From: Malacoraja senta
Lineage: Eukaryota
Length of the DNA stretch: 64,000 nucleotides
Direction of reading: 5' to 3'
Assembly: GCA_038087875.1 (NCBI GenBank)
Contig: CM075989.1
Location: 15,998,001 to 16,062,000 of the forward strand
The notes beneath the pieces were generated by a model, which was not told the origin of the DNA, made no database searches, and worked only from the letters and a program-made list of their open reading frames with translations. How positions within the stretch are numbered: position 1 is the stretch's first letter; each line of letters starts with the position of its first letter. This document shows positions 49,251-62,607 of this stretch, one piece after another. The position numbers and the translations under genes are program-made.

Positions 49251-49879
49251 CAGGTTTTCTAATTGGCTATTTACAGTTTAAAATTCTCCTATTATGTTCT
49301 AAAGACATTTTTTTTGTACTGACTACACTTCTGTTCAGCTCTGCATGTGCCATCTGGTCTGCAAGCCGTCCAGCCAGCACTGATGCCATGGCTCGGAGTG
49401 GATTTCAGGAGAGTTCAATGCAAGAAAAAAATGAGACCTTGCATCTCGTTGACATGCTCCCCCTGTCCACCACCAGCACCCACCTGCATCTGCACACTTG
49501 GGGCCAAAGATTCCTTCACTACATACGTTAGCCACGGACTGGGAGTCCCGGAGTGGGTGGTTCTGGCAGTTGAAGTGAAGGCACAGGATGCTGTCAGGCA
49601 CAGGGTGGTGTGCCAGGTCTGACTGATTCCTAGCGACCCTGCATAGCAACCGGAGAGAAGCATATGGCATAACATAGCAACAGAGCACCGAGGGTGCTGG
49701 GAATCTCAGGTAGAAACTTGAAGTGTTGGAAACACTCAGCAGGTCAGTCAGCATGTGTGGACAATGGAACATTCGGCCCAGCTATTGCACCGTTATGGAC
49801 TTCTTTCTTTTATTAATTTATGGAAAAGAGCGAAAAGTAGACATTGCTTCCTATGTGAAACATTCAAGTAGTTATTGGG

Positions 49880-50064
49880 GGTAGACAAAAATGCTGGAGA
49901 AACTCAGCGAGTGAGGCAGCATCTATGGAGTGAAGGAAATAGGCAACGTTTCGGGTTGAAACGTTGCCTATTTCCTTCGCTCCATAGATGCTGCCTCGCC
50001 CGCTGAGTTTCTCCAGCATTTTTGTCTAACTTCGATTTTCCAGCATCTGCAGTTCCTTCTTAAA
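49880..50064 (+). mobile_element. Hairpin-type Penelope-derived insertion
   Basis: About 70-bp near-perfect inverted arms around a short loop. 15-bp TSD CAAG(T/C)AGTTATTGGG at 49865-49879 and 50065-50079. Confidence 0.8.
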
Positions 50065-50689
50065 CAAGCAGTTATTGGGTGCAGTTCATCAGTCTGAAAA
50101 AGGGTCCCAATCCAAAACGTCACCCGTCCATTTTCCCTCCACAGAAGCTGCCTGGCCCACTGAGTCCCTCCAGCAGTTAGCTTTCCGCACAAGATTCGAG
50201 TGTCTGCAATCTCTTGTGACTACATCCTCCACGCTGTTCTTCATAGTTACGTAGCTGTATAAAGGAAGAAAGTTTATAAAAATGAGAGACAGAATATGTT
50301 ATCTCAATGCCAGACAGTACTTGTATGTGGTGTGGTCTATTCCTAAACAGTCACAAAGCCTTGCATCTATAAATAAGGACATCCTGGGATACGTTAGGCT
50401 CATACAACTCTTGCGCACATCCTGTGGCACATTAATGTGTATTTTCTGCAGCTACAGAAATACCTCGGAAACCACGAGGAAATGATTATCATTCCCGGGA
50501 GAGTTTATGCCTAAACTAGAGGTGAGGAAACAGCTGGATGAACTTAATACTGTGAGTGCTTGTGTTTCTGATTTGATATGTTTGTGTGTGCAAGGAGGGT
50601 GTGGTGTGTATGCGTATATATGTATATATGTGTGTTCATATATGCGTATTCATATTTGTGTGTGTGTGTGTCTTCTGTGTATGTATGTG

Positions 50690-51640
50690 TATGCGGATGG
50701 CGGATGTGCAGGAGTGGGCGCCGGCTGTGCGGGCTGCCTGCCTGCAGTCCGTCCTCTAACCCTTTTTTTTTGTTTTTTTTGTCTATCATTTTTTATTTGG
50801 AGGTCTATTCTTTCTCTGTGGGGAGTGGGGGGAAACTGTTCCAACCCCAGCCCTACCTGGTCGGAGATGCGGTTTTCCTCCAAATCGCATCTTCGCTCTT
50901 CGCTCTCCCCATGCGGCCTTCCATCGGGCTGGAGCGGCGTTCCTGCTGGGACCACAGCTTCGGCGGCACAGCGCTGGGACACCAACACGGAGCAGGCGAT
51001 GCCTTGCCGGGTCGCCGCTCCGGAGTGCTGTGACCGCCGACCACCAACATCGAGCAGCCGCGGTCTGCGGTTTGTGGTCTGCGGTCTGCGGTCTGAGGGC
51101 GTCCCGCCGCGGGCGGGCGGCGCTGGATCGAAAACACCGTGGAGTCAGAGTCGAAGCTCCAACCGGCACGGCCTGAAGACCACGGGCATCGCAGTCTCCG
51201 GGGAAGGAGCGGCCGCTCCAGACACTTCCAAGCCGCTGAGGACTTTCCACCCGATGCCGGTGTTCCAGCTTCCCGGCGGGTGGGCCTATAATCATCGGGC
51301 TGCCGTTGCGGCGACTGGCTGCGGAGCCCTCAAACTGGCCCCGACCTCGGGTGGACTAGGAGGAGGACTGGACATTTTGGCGCCTTTCCCTCACAGTGGA
51401 GAGTGTCGACTCTGCTGTGGGGGGATGTTCATGTTGAATCTCCAATAGTGTGTCGTGTCTTTTTTATACTACCTTTTTTGCTTTTTATTTGAAGCTCAGA
51501 GGGGACCGTGCCTTTGCTGTGTCGGCACTGTTATGTTGCGTTATGTTGTCTGCTTATTATGTCTTGTTTATTCTTCTGTACAGCACTTTGGCCAACATTG
51601 GTTGTTTTAAAGTGCTTAACAAATAAAGATGGATTGGATG
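50690..51640 (+). repeat. GC/CpG-rich unclassified repeat inserted in a TG-rich microsatellite
   Basis: Homologous to 33000-33560. TG-rich tracts on both sides (about 50560-50695 and 51640-51755). AATAAA near the 3' end. Confidence 0.6.
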
Positions 51641-52616
51641 TGTGCTTGTGTGTTTGTGACAGTGCGTTCATGTTAGTGTGTGCGTGGTTAATGTGTGTGT
51701 GTTCATGTGTGTGTGTTCATGTGTGTGTGTGTGTGTTCATGTGTGTGTGTGTGTGCAAACAATTCAGAAGTATTTCAAAGTGAACTCGGAAAGTGTGATT
51801 TAAAATACACGGTTAGCAAGTGCAGAGTAAATTTAAATGTCATATATTTCAGGAAACCATGATAACTGTATTCAGCACAACAAAGGTAAAGCAACAGTAA
51901 CTTTGAAAAACTAAAGAAAGAAACATGAACAACAAAAACTCTACACTGAAGATATCGTTAATTTGCAGTTTTGCGTTTCAAACTCGTCGTTAGAGATGAA
52001 ATGTTTATATACCTTTTCTTTTCAGACACTGAATGTCCACCTGAGCGTTAAGCAGGAATTTTTCACTGTTGTCGGATGTTTTGATGAAACAATACATCAC
52101 TGACAGGTGGGTTTCATTGGGATATTTCATCATAACCTCTTTATCATTTCATCATAACCTCTTTATCATCTCGTCATTCAAAAAAAAAATTTGGACATGA
52201 AGAAAATATTCAGCTCTAATCACAACTTAATTCTGTCTTTCGATTCCAGGCTGTGAACTAAACAAACTTTGTGAATTGCAATTCTGGCAGTATTTTTTCA
52301 TGGGTAATTAATCAATTAAGTAATGACCCTGCTCTTTTCCGATGAGATCAGTAAAATACTTAGCTTTGACGGGAACTTGAAACTGCAAATTGCCTTTGAG
52401 AATTGTATTGTAGCTGTGAGCAAGATTGAGGGGTGGTGGGGTGGGAGGCCAGTGGAGGTATGGGGTGAGGCAACTCGATAAGCCATCCACTGTCACTCCC
52501 AGAATGTGCAACCAAGGAAATTCTAGTGCCCATGAGGCATGCAATCAGCAAAATTAATCAGGACAAGTGTACCTCCATTCAGTCCAAGTAGGCCTACGTG
52601 ATCTCTTGATTGCGAT

Positions 52617-53075
52617 CTACTGACCTTTCTGCCCTGGGCCTCCTCCACTGTCAGAGTGAGGCCAAATGCAAATTGGAGGAACATCACCTTATATTTTGCT
52701 TGGACAGCTTACAACCCAGCGATATGAATATTGATTTCCCAAACGTCAAGTAACCCTTGTTTTCCCTCTCTCTCTCCGTCTAGTTTCAATGTCGTGATTC
52801 ATTTTGCTGATTGTATGCCTCGTTGTCACCTTCCTCTCATCCAACAATGAACCATTCCACATTTCATTTGATCATCGTCTCCTTCGATCTGTCCTTTTCA
52901 CACCTTACCCTTCCACATATCGCTAGCCTCCGTCTCCCACGACTCTCAGTCTGAAGAAGGGTCTCGACATCACCCATTCCTTCTCTCCAGAGATGCTGCC
53001 TGTCCCGCTGAGTTACTCCAGCATTTTGTGTCTTATCTTCGGTGTAAACCAGCATCTGCAGTTCTTTCCGACACA
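52617..53075 (+). mobile_element. Penelope-like element 3' fragment
   Basis: TDLSALGLLHCQSEAKCKLEEHHLIFCLDSLQPSDMNIDF (GIY-YIG C-terminus), then ctgaagaagggtctcgac (52951, partly deleted hammerhead) and the family tail. Confidence 0.85.
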
Positions 53076-53922
53076 TTTTAGTGCCCAATGGTCTTCAGAG
53101 TTCTCGAATTATAGACATAAACGCAAAAATGCCAGGAATTTCAATTGCAGCAGCAGGGACTAGAATCTGTAACAGGATCTAGCCACTGCAAAAAAATGTT
53201 AGCAAAATAAGCCTGGATGCACTGAGAGGGAAATCAAAGCACTATCTGCCTGTGGCAAGCCAGAAGCAATGAAAATCTAAAGTAACTTAGAAGGCTGCAT
53301 GCATAGATCATTAAAATGTTACAGACAAGCAGCAAATGAAATAGAATAATAGAGTCACAGCGTGGAAACAGACCCTACAGTTCAACTTGCCCAATGCTGA
53401 CAAATATGCCCTATCTACACGACCCAACTGCTCGTGTTTTGCCCATATCCCTCTAAACCTTTCCTATCCATGTACCTGTCCGAATGTCTTTTAAATGTTT
53501 TGTTATAGTACCTCCCTCAACCACCTTTTCTGGCGGTTCGTTCTATATACCCACCACTCTGTGTAACATGTTGGAACAAAGACTGAAATGGTGGAAGAAC
53601 TCAGCCAGTCAGGCAGCACCTGTGGAGAGAAAACAGCTGGCATTTCAAGACGCTTCATCAGAACTGGGGAAAGAGAGAAAGCAAGTTAGTCTAGGAAGCA
53701 GAGAAGACGAGAGAGGGCAGTGGGTGGAAATGGGATATGTCAGTCATCGGATGAAATAACAAAGTGTCATTAGAGTCATACAGTACAGAAACAGGCCCTT
53801 CAGCCCAACTTGCCCCAAACTGGCCACGATGCCCAATCTACACTAGTCCCACCTGTTATTATTGACCCATATCCTATCCATGTACCTATCTGAATATCTT
53901 TTCAATATTGTTATTATAATAA

Positions 53923-54265
53923 AGGGCGGCACGGTGGCACAGCGGTAGAGTTGCTACCTCACAGCACCTACAGCGCCAGAGACCCCCCCCCCCCCCCCCC
54001 CCCAGGTTCGATCCTGACTACGGGTGCTGTCTGTACAGAGTTTGTACCTTCTCCCCGTGACCTGCATGGGTTTTCTCCAAGACCTTCGGTTTCCTCCCAC
54101 ACTCCAAAGATGTACTTGTTTGGAGGTTAATTGGCTTGGTATAAAATGTAAAATTGTCCCTACTGTGTGTAAGATAGTGTTAATGTGTGAGGACTGCTGG
54201 TCGGTGCCGACTCGGTGGCCAAAGAGCCTGTTTTTCCGCAATATACCTCTAAACTAAACTAAACT
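53923..54265 (+). mobile_element. HE1-like V-SINE
   Basis: Full consensus with an expanded C-run before the B box. CR1 3' fragments flank it (53350-53565, 53770-53915, 54545-54790). Confidence 0.85.
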
Positions 54266-56499
54266 AATATTGAATAAAGTAGCTTAGCCGGACAGACAAA
54301 GGTGCCCAATTGTCCGTTCAATGGGTCTACCATCATGGTGGCCTGTTACCAACATTCCCTTTGCTCCACCCATGGCTCTCCCCATCTTTTCTGCTACCTA
54401 GACTAACTTGCTTTCTCAAGTCCATTGGGTCTTTGACCTCAATTATTAACTGGTTTCTCTTTCCAGAGATGCAGTTTGATTAACGTTATTTAAAACTGAG
54501 TTTTGTTTGGGTGCTGCATCCCCTGAAACTCTCTGACCCTGAGCCAAAAACCTTTTCACCCAGAGTTGTGAATCTGGGGAATTCGCTGCCTCAGAAGTCA
54601 GTGGAGGCCAATTCTCTGGATGCTTTCAGGAGAGAGGTAGATAGAGCTCTTAAAGATCGCGGAGTCAGGGGATATGGGGAGAAGGCAGGAACGGGGTACT
54701 GAATGTGGATGATCAGCCAATATCACAGTGAATGGCGGTGCTGGCTCGAAGGGCCGAATGGCCTACTCCTGCACCTATTGTCTATTGTCTAATGTTAGTG
54801 GAGGTGAGATCATTGGAGTGAGTTAAAGAGGAGGTAGATACTTTTTTGAGAGCTCGGGGAGTTGAGGTGACGGTGGATCAGCCATGATGGTATTGATCGT
54901 GGAGCAGGCTTGAAGGCCAGTTGGCCTATCTCTGCTCCAGTTTTCTCGTGTTCTTGTGTCCTGTGCGATCTGGACACCATGAGTTTGGAAAAGTACAGGC
55001 CAGACTTACCAAGATGCTCCCTGGGCTATGGGGAAAGTTACAGGGAGAAACTGCACAAACCAAGGCTCAGGAATGTAGAGGTGAATTGATTTAATCAGGT
55101 CTCAGGTTAGAAAAGGAAACTTAGAGATTGTGGGACAAGTCAATTTCTGACATTGAGAGTGAAAAAGGTACAAAGTCCAATCAAGTCGAGCTTATTATCA
55201 TATGCACAAGTACGGTAAGATACCGGTACAATGAAGGTTTGCTTCCAGTAGCATCACAGGCTCATAGATAACGAATAAAACATAAATTAATATACATTCT
55301 ACATAAATTCTACAAGACAGTAAAAAGAAAAAGAAAGTGCAATAAAAAAACAGTCATCAGTGCAAAAATACACAATTAAAAAGTCGATGGTAGTGCAAGG
55401 TTTGTAGTGTTCCGTTGCCGAGGTAGGATTAGAGTTGTGTAGGTCAGTTCAAGAGCCTGATGGTTGTAGGAATGTAGCTGTTCCTGAACATGGTGGTGTG
55501 GGACTTCAGGATTCTGTACCTCCTGCCTGATGGAGTCCCGGATGGTAGTGCTCCTTGATAACAGATGCTGCCGTTGTGAGGCCGTGGCTCATGTGGATGC
55601 TTCTGATCTGCAGGGGGTGAAGGAGGAAACATTTCTCCATGGTGATGTGCCTGGTAGATGTTTGAAGCTCTCCTCCGCCTGCGACCATTGGTGCAATGAC
55701 AATTGTCCAGTTTGAATGTGAGGTTGAAAGGCTCTGGTTTATTGCAAGCATTAATGGAGGAAGGGCCTGTGTGTGGAGCTAGGTCATAGATCTGGTGTGG
55801 CCCCGTTCAATGTTGGGCCAGGCTCAAAGGGCTAAACAACATTGTGCTATGCTGGTGTTGTCGTGTGGTGTGGGGCAGCTGACAAGCAGCAAAATGGGAG
55901 GGGTGGGGGTCAAAGACATCCAGAGCAATAGAGGTCCAAGGTATAGTCGTGAGGCAAAGAAAGGCAAGTTTTTTCTTCTGGAGACTTTTAGATTGCTGGG
56001 AGTTGGGTGCTATGCACCTTGAGACAGAGAAAGCCAAGTGGGTGCTGGGGATGGGGGCACTGGCGTTGGGTTTTGGGAGCGGGGTGAATGGGATGGGGGG
56101 TGGTAAAGGGCATCGAAGAGGTCAGGTGCATTGGTGTGGGGTTTGTGGGAGCTGTCGCGGGGGGAAGGTGAGAATTTGTTTGGGGGATGGTGGCAGTAAT
56201 GGGAGCGTTCGGGATTTAAGCTTTTCCTCCTGCAGTGGCCCACAGTTCAGTCCAAAGTCTCCGGAGTGATTTTTATGAACTGCCAAAGACTCAGCTCGAA
56301 TCTGGAGATTTTCTCAGTTATACAATGAGGATACACAAAGTCCAGCATTGTGCCACCAAAACAATATCATTTACATTTTCCAGCAATTCACCCCGCTGTG
56401 AGCTTCGAAACCCTTTCAGATCAACTCTTTTTTTTAACGCAACAACAAACAAGATTTTCATTGACTTTCTTTGCTGAGCTGGTCAGTCTGTGGTCTGGC

Positions 56500-56794
56500 T
56501 CCCGTAATAGATAACTTTTGCAAACCTTTCACAATATGTTCCAGGTCTAACCGGAGCCAATCAGAGATTTCCGAGCAGTTTGTTCACCACCTTCATGAAC
56601 AAATATAAAACTCTCTGCCAGTATCACTAACATCTTTTAAGGCCAGGGACAGGGATTGTGCAAAAAAGCTGCTTTCAAAGCAGTGGGCTTGGGAGGGATT
56701 CATCTGGAAATTAAAGTTTAGTTTGTGTTTATTTTATGTTGTAGCCAGTGAAGGGGTGAAAGTCTGTAAAAGAGAAAAAGACCAAGGACTGAAA
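56500..56794 (+). promoter_or_regulatory. TATA/CCAAT promoter and 5' UTR of a secreted-protein gene (probable LIPC)
   Basis: AGCCAATCAG at about 56555-56564 and TATAAAA at 56604-56610. C/EBP-like (TTTTGCAA, TTGTGCAA) and forkhead-like (TGTTTATTT) motifs nearby. Confidence 0.55.
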
Positions 56795-56876
56795 ATGAAC
56801 AAGTTGACAAAAGTATCTCTCCTCCTCTTGATATGTGCCACCATTCATGTCCACGAGGCCCGGATCCAGAGAAAAG
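56795..56876 (+). CDS. lipc: First coding exon (signal peptide), probably hepatic lipase
   Basis: AAAATG start. Encodes MNKLTKVSLLLLICATIHVHEARIQRK+G (basic n-region, hydrophobic core). Strong phase-1 donor AAG|GTAAGA. LIPC follows AQP9 on the same strand in other vertebrates and has a short phase-1 signal-peptide exon 1 and a long intron 1. No lipase domain is in the window, so the name rests on synteny. Confidence 0.55.
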
Positions 56877-59397
56877 GTAAGAGCATGGAGCCAAGCAGCC
56901 TCTCACAGTATTTAGTCTACTGGGCATGCTTTGCACAGCTGGATTACAAGAATGAGCACTGCAAGGATGGTTCTTGGTTGTTGGTGTTGGTTGTTGGTGG
57001 AAGTTCTGTCACAAAACTAGAAATGTGCCTTTGTAACTTCTGGACACATTTTCTGAATTGTGATATGTGAATTCCACCAAGAGTGGGTTGTGGCTGAGTG
57101 ATTGGCGAAGCATTCTTTGCATTCTCTAACCCCGCTGATTCTGATAAAGGGTGTTGCCGGTTGTGCTCCCGTAAGGTTTCCAGAGTACTTCAACACTATA
57201 TAAAGAGGCAGTTAAATCTAACTGTCTTCATAAATGTACAGTTTGCATTATTTAGTGACGCAACCTGATAGCTGGGTGATATACAGTCTAAAGCGAGATT
57301 TTGTTATATCTCCTATCTTTTGAAATATGTTACTTGCTCTGTTTTATCTCCATCATTGTAATCCAAGAATTCTCAGTCTGTGACACTAATCCAAACTTTC
57401 TGTCTGTATCTGTGTATAAATGCACTCTTTAATTATTTTGTGAACTGAAGGGACTCAGTTTTCACCTACAACACTGATAATAACATCATAACTGGATTTT
57501 CTGCAGTTCAATATTTAGTAATTTATTGCCTATGTTAGAATAATGTGGTAAGACTTTAATAATTGAATAATTGGAATAATTCCTCTTGTAATGATTGCCG
57601 GGTCACCATTATGTGGAAAGTCTTATACCCCAGGGAGATTTTTGTTGCATACTCACTAAGTTGAGAGCCTCATAAAACTATCTGCAATTTATGCTTCAAA
57701 TGCCATTGACATCTTTTGTAACACAATTATGCAATTGCTGTTGATGTGAAATATTCAGGCAAGGCCGCAAAATAAGACAAAAAATGTTGGATAATTCAGC
57801 AGTCAGGCAGCATCTCCAGAAGACATGGATGGGCCACATTTCGGGTCGAGACCCTTCTTCAGACTGAGGGCCCAAACCTGCTCAGATTTAATCCGGAAGT
57901 GAACATTGAATCCAGCCATTTTGAAACCCGTGCAACTAATTGTGTGACTTTTGGATGCACACTGTTGAGAAATGGGGAGGTTCATTCGAGATGATGGCCA
58001 GCAGTCAACTAATGAGCAAGCCACAGCACATTTTCTACAGCTGACCAGGCACATGAAGAGGATGCTGTTAATCATGTTGCACTCCATCACCCAACACCCA
58101 GCTGCAGTGCCAACAGGTCCAAGGTGGTACTTCACTTAAGTCCCGAGTAGGGTTTATGCCCAGACCATCTGTATCTGTTTAAGAATCCTACCATTGAAAC
58201 CACGGCAGAGATTGCAATGTCTGTGGCAACACTTGGCAAAGCTCACCTGACATCACCTACCTGGCTAAACCCTCCTGGTATCAATGCAGAAACAGAGAAC
58301 TGCAGATGCTCGGTAATACACAAAATGACGCAAAGTGCTGGAGTAACTCATTAAGTCAGGCAGCATCCCTGGAGAACATGGACAGGTGACGTTTCGGGTT
58401 GAGATGGAATCAGACGGAATCTGTCTGAAGAAGGTTCTCGACCCAAAATGTCTGCCTGACCTCGTGTCCTTTTGGCATCAATGCAGAGCTTATATACAAA
58501 TTGAATATAATTTAATGCTGCTATTGTTTGAGATGCAGAAGGAATAAAGTTAAGGTCCATGGCTCTGAGTCTAGATACATAATTGTTAGTTTCAAAAATA
58601 GAATCTCCAGCACTATTTTTATACATAAGAGGAAGTCTTTGGAGGAACATTGTTTGTTCTTTCCTCTCTGATACCCACTGTTACTAAATGTTAGGTTCTA
58701 CGATTAGCATTGAAATAGCTTTTCCATCTTGGTCATTAACTCAGTCAGCATTGGCAAGTATCACAGAAGGCTAATTCTGTTGGCTCTCGCGTGAAGTGAT
58801 AATCAGCATGCAATGCTGTGTAGTCCACATTTAGTGCACAGTTAACATTTCCGATACCAAAGGAGTGAAGGTTTATGCAGCCAAGAGTAGGCTTCATGGG
58901 TCTGTAATGTGAGGAGGACCTGGGTTTTCCCTGGGTGCTCCAATTTCCTCCCACACTCCAAAGACGTACAAGTTTGTAGATTAATTGGCTTCGGTAAAAT
59001 TGTAAATTGTCCCGAATGTGTATGATAGTGCTAGTGTACGAGGTGATCGCTGGTCGGCGTGGTATTGGTGGGCCGAAGGGCCTGTAAGTGGTTTAAATAT
59101 CCGCTCTGTATCTGCATCTCTAAAGTCTAAAGGACAAGAACTGGGATTGTGTTGTTCATGTCTATCAATGACTCAACACACATTGGTGTCCCAGGCTGAA
59201 TAGGTATCCCTCGCCTTTGACTAAAAAGTTTGCATGCTCAAAGACTGGAGCACTTAAATCCAGATGGCAGGGCTGAGGGGTTACTGCAGTAGTATGGATG
59301 GAGCATTACACTAAGGATTTGACTGCTCTGTCAGATGGACATCAAAGAACACATTGTTTCATCTCAAAAACAGACCTGAGGAGTTACTTGGCTGTTG

Positions 59398-62300
59398 CAT
59401 AGATACATAGATACATAGAAAATAGGTGCAGGAGTAGGCCATTCGGCCCTTCGAGCCTGCACCGCCATTCAATATGATCATGGCTGATCATCCAACTCAG
59501 TATCCCGTACCTGCCTTCTCTCCATACCCCCTGATCCCTTTAGCCACAAGGGCCACATGTAACTCCCTCTTAAATATAGCCAATGAACTGGCGTCAACTA
59601 CCCTCTGTGGCAGAGAGTTCCAGAGATTCACCACTCTCTGTGTGAAAAAGTTTTTCCTCATCTCGGTCTTAAAGGATTTCCCCCTTATCCTTAAGCTGTG
59701 ACCCCTTGTCCTGGACTTCCCCAACATCGGGAACAATCTTCCTGCATCTAGCCTGTCCAACCCCATAAGAATTTTGTACGTTTCTATAAGATCCCCTCTC
59801 AATCTCCTAAATTCTAGCGAGTATAAGCCAAGTCTATCCAGTCTTTCTTCATATGAAAGTCCTGACATCCCAGGAATCAGTCTGGTGAACCTTCTCTGCA
59901 CTCCCTCTATGGCTATAATGTCCTTCCTCAGATTTGGAGACCAAAACTGTACGCAATACTCCAGGTGTGGTCTCACCAAGACCCTGTACAACTGCAGTAG
60001 AACCTCCCTGCTCCTATACTCAAATCCTCTTGCTATGAAGGCCAACATACCATTCGCTTTCTTCACTGCCTGCTGCACCTGCATGCCTACTTTCAATGAC
60101 TGGTGTACCATGACACCCAGGTCTCGCTGCACCTCCCCATTTCCTAATCGGCCACCATTTAGATAATAGTCTGCCTTCCCGTTTTTGCCACCAAAGTGGA
60201 TAACCTCACATTTATCCACATTATACTGCATCTGCCAAACATTTGCCCACTTCCCCAGCCTATCCAAGTCACCTTGCAGTCTCCTAGCATCCTCCTCACA
60301 GCTAACACTGCCCCCCAGCTTAGTGTCATCCGCAAACTTGGAGATGTTGCTTTCAATTCCCTCGTCCAGATCATTAATATAAATTGTAAATAGCTGGGGT
60401 CCCAGCACTGAGCCTTGCGGTACCCCACTAGTCACTGCCTGCCATTGTGAAAAGGACCCGTTTACTCCTACTCTTTGCTTCCTGTTTGCCAGCCAGTTCT
60501 CTATCCACATCAATACTGAACCCCCAATACCGTGTGATTTAAGCTTGTATCCTAATCTCTTATGTGGTACCTTGTCGAAAGCCTTCTGAAAGTCCAGTTA
60601 CAACACATCCACTGGTTCTCCCCTATCCACTCTACTAGTTACATCCTCGAAAAATTCTATAAGATTCGTCAGACACGATTTACCTTTCGTAAATCCATGC
60701 TGACTTTGTCCAATGATTTCACCACTTTCCAAATGTGCTGCTATCCCATCTTTAATAACTGACTCTAGCAGTTTCCCCACTACCGATGTTAGACTAACTG
60801 GTCTGTAATTCCCCGTTTTTTCTCTCCCTCCCTTCTTAAAAAGTGGGGTTACGTTTGCTACCCTCCAATCCTCAGGAACTACTCCAGAATCTAAAGAATT
60901 TTGAAAAATTATCACTAATGCATCCACTATTTCTGGAGCTACTTCCTTAAGTACTCTGGGATGCAGCCTATCTGGCCCTGGTGATTTATCGGCCTTTAAT
61001 CCATTCAATTTACCCAACACCACTTCCCGACTAACCTGGATTTCACTCAGTTCCTCCATCTCCTTTGACCCGCGGCCCCCTGCTATTTCCGGCAGATTAT
61101 TTATGTCTTCCTTAGTGAAGACGGAACCAAAGTAGTTATTCAATTGGTCCGCCATATCCTTGTTCCCCATGATCAATTCACCTGTTTCTGACTGCAAGGG
61201 ACCTACATTTGTTTTAACTAATCTCTTTCTCTTCACATATCTATAAAAACTTTTGCAGTCAGTTTTTATGTTCCCTGCCAGTTTCCTTTCATAATCTATT
61301 TTCCCTTTCCTAATTAAGCCCTTTGTCCTCCTCTGCTGGTCTCTGAATTTCTCCCAGTCCTCTGGTATGCTGCTTTTTCTGGCTAATTTGTACGCAACAT
61401 CTTTTGCTTTGATACTATCCCTGATTTCCCTTGTTATCCACGGATGCACTACCTTCCCTGATTTATTCTTTTGCCAAACTGGGATGAACATTTTTTTGTA
61501 GTTCATCCATGCAGTCTTTAAATGCCTTCCATTGCATATCCACCGTCAACCCTTTTAGAACTAATTGCCAGTCAATCTTGGCCAATTCACGTCTCATATC
61601 CTCAAAGTTACCTTTCTTTAAGTTCAGAACCGTTGTTTCTGAATTAACAATGTCACTCTCCATCCTAATGAAGAACTCAACCATATTATGGTCACTCTTG
61701 CCCAAGGGGGCACGCACAACAAGTCTGCTAACTAACCCTTCCTCATTACTCAATACCCAGTCTAGAATAGCCTGCTCTCTCGTTGGTTCCTCTACATGTT
61801 GGTTTAGATAACTATCCCTCATACATTCCAAGAAATCCTCTTCCTCAGCACCCCTGCCAATTTGATTCACCCAATCTATATGTAGATTGAAGTCACCCAT
61901 TATAACTGTTTTGCCTTTGTTGCACGCATTTCTAATTTCCTGTTTGATGCCATCCCCAACTTCACTACTACTGCTAGGTGGCCTGTACACAACACCCACC
62001 AGCGTTTTCTGCCCCTTAGTATTTCGTAGCTCTACCCATACCGATTCCACATCCTCCAAGCTAATGTCCTTCCTTTCCACTGCGTTAATCTCCTCTCTAA
62101 CCAGCAACGCTACCCCACCTCCTTTTCCTTTCTCTCTATCCCTCCTGAATATTGAATATCCCTGGATGTTCAGCTCCCAGCCTTGGTCACCCTGGAGCCA
62201 TGTCTCCGTGATCCCAACTATATCATAATCATTAATTGCTATCTGCACGTTCAACTCATCGACCTTATTACGAATGCTCCTTGCATTGAGACACAAAGCC

Positions 62301-62607
62301 TTCAGGCTTGTTTTTACAACGCTCTTACCCCTTATACCATTATGTTGGAACGTGGCTCTTTTTGATTTTTGCCCTGGATTTGTCTGCCTGCCACTTTTAC
62401 TTTTCACCTTGCTACCTATTGCTTCCGCCCGCATTTTGCACCCCTCTGTTTCTCTGCTCACCCATTTAAGAACCCCACCACCTCTTATTCTCTGTTTATT
62501 ATTGTTTTCTTCTTTCCCCCCTACATGTTGGGTCTGAGTGCTTTCCTTCTCTGCCTCCTGCCTCACACACTGTCCAATAGCATTCTCTATTTGAGTCCCT
62601 CCCCCCA
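59398..62607 (-). mobile_element. Young CR1 (HER1-like) LINE with nearly complete ORF2 (APE endonuclease + RT)
   Basis: LCLNARSIRNK..VGITETWL..GDFN..SDHN endonuclease motifs and a full RT. One +1 frameshift (about 61495) and one nonsense change (TAT>TAA, about 60598). Nearly identical to 38279-40641. Lies in the putative LIPC intron 1. Confidence 0.95.

Noticed and set aside
50507..51448. 313-aa ORF and overlapping ORFs
   Set aside because: Spans a TG microsatellite and a GC-rich repeat that is stop-poor in several frames. No protein motif.
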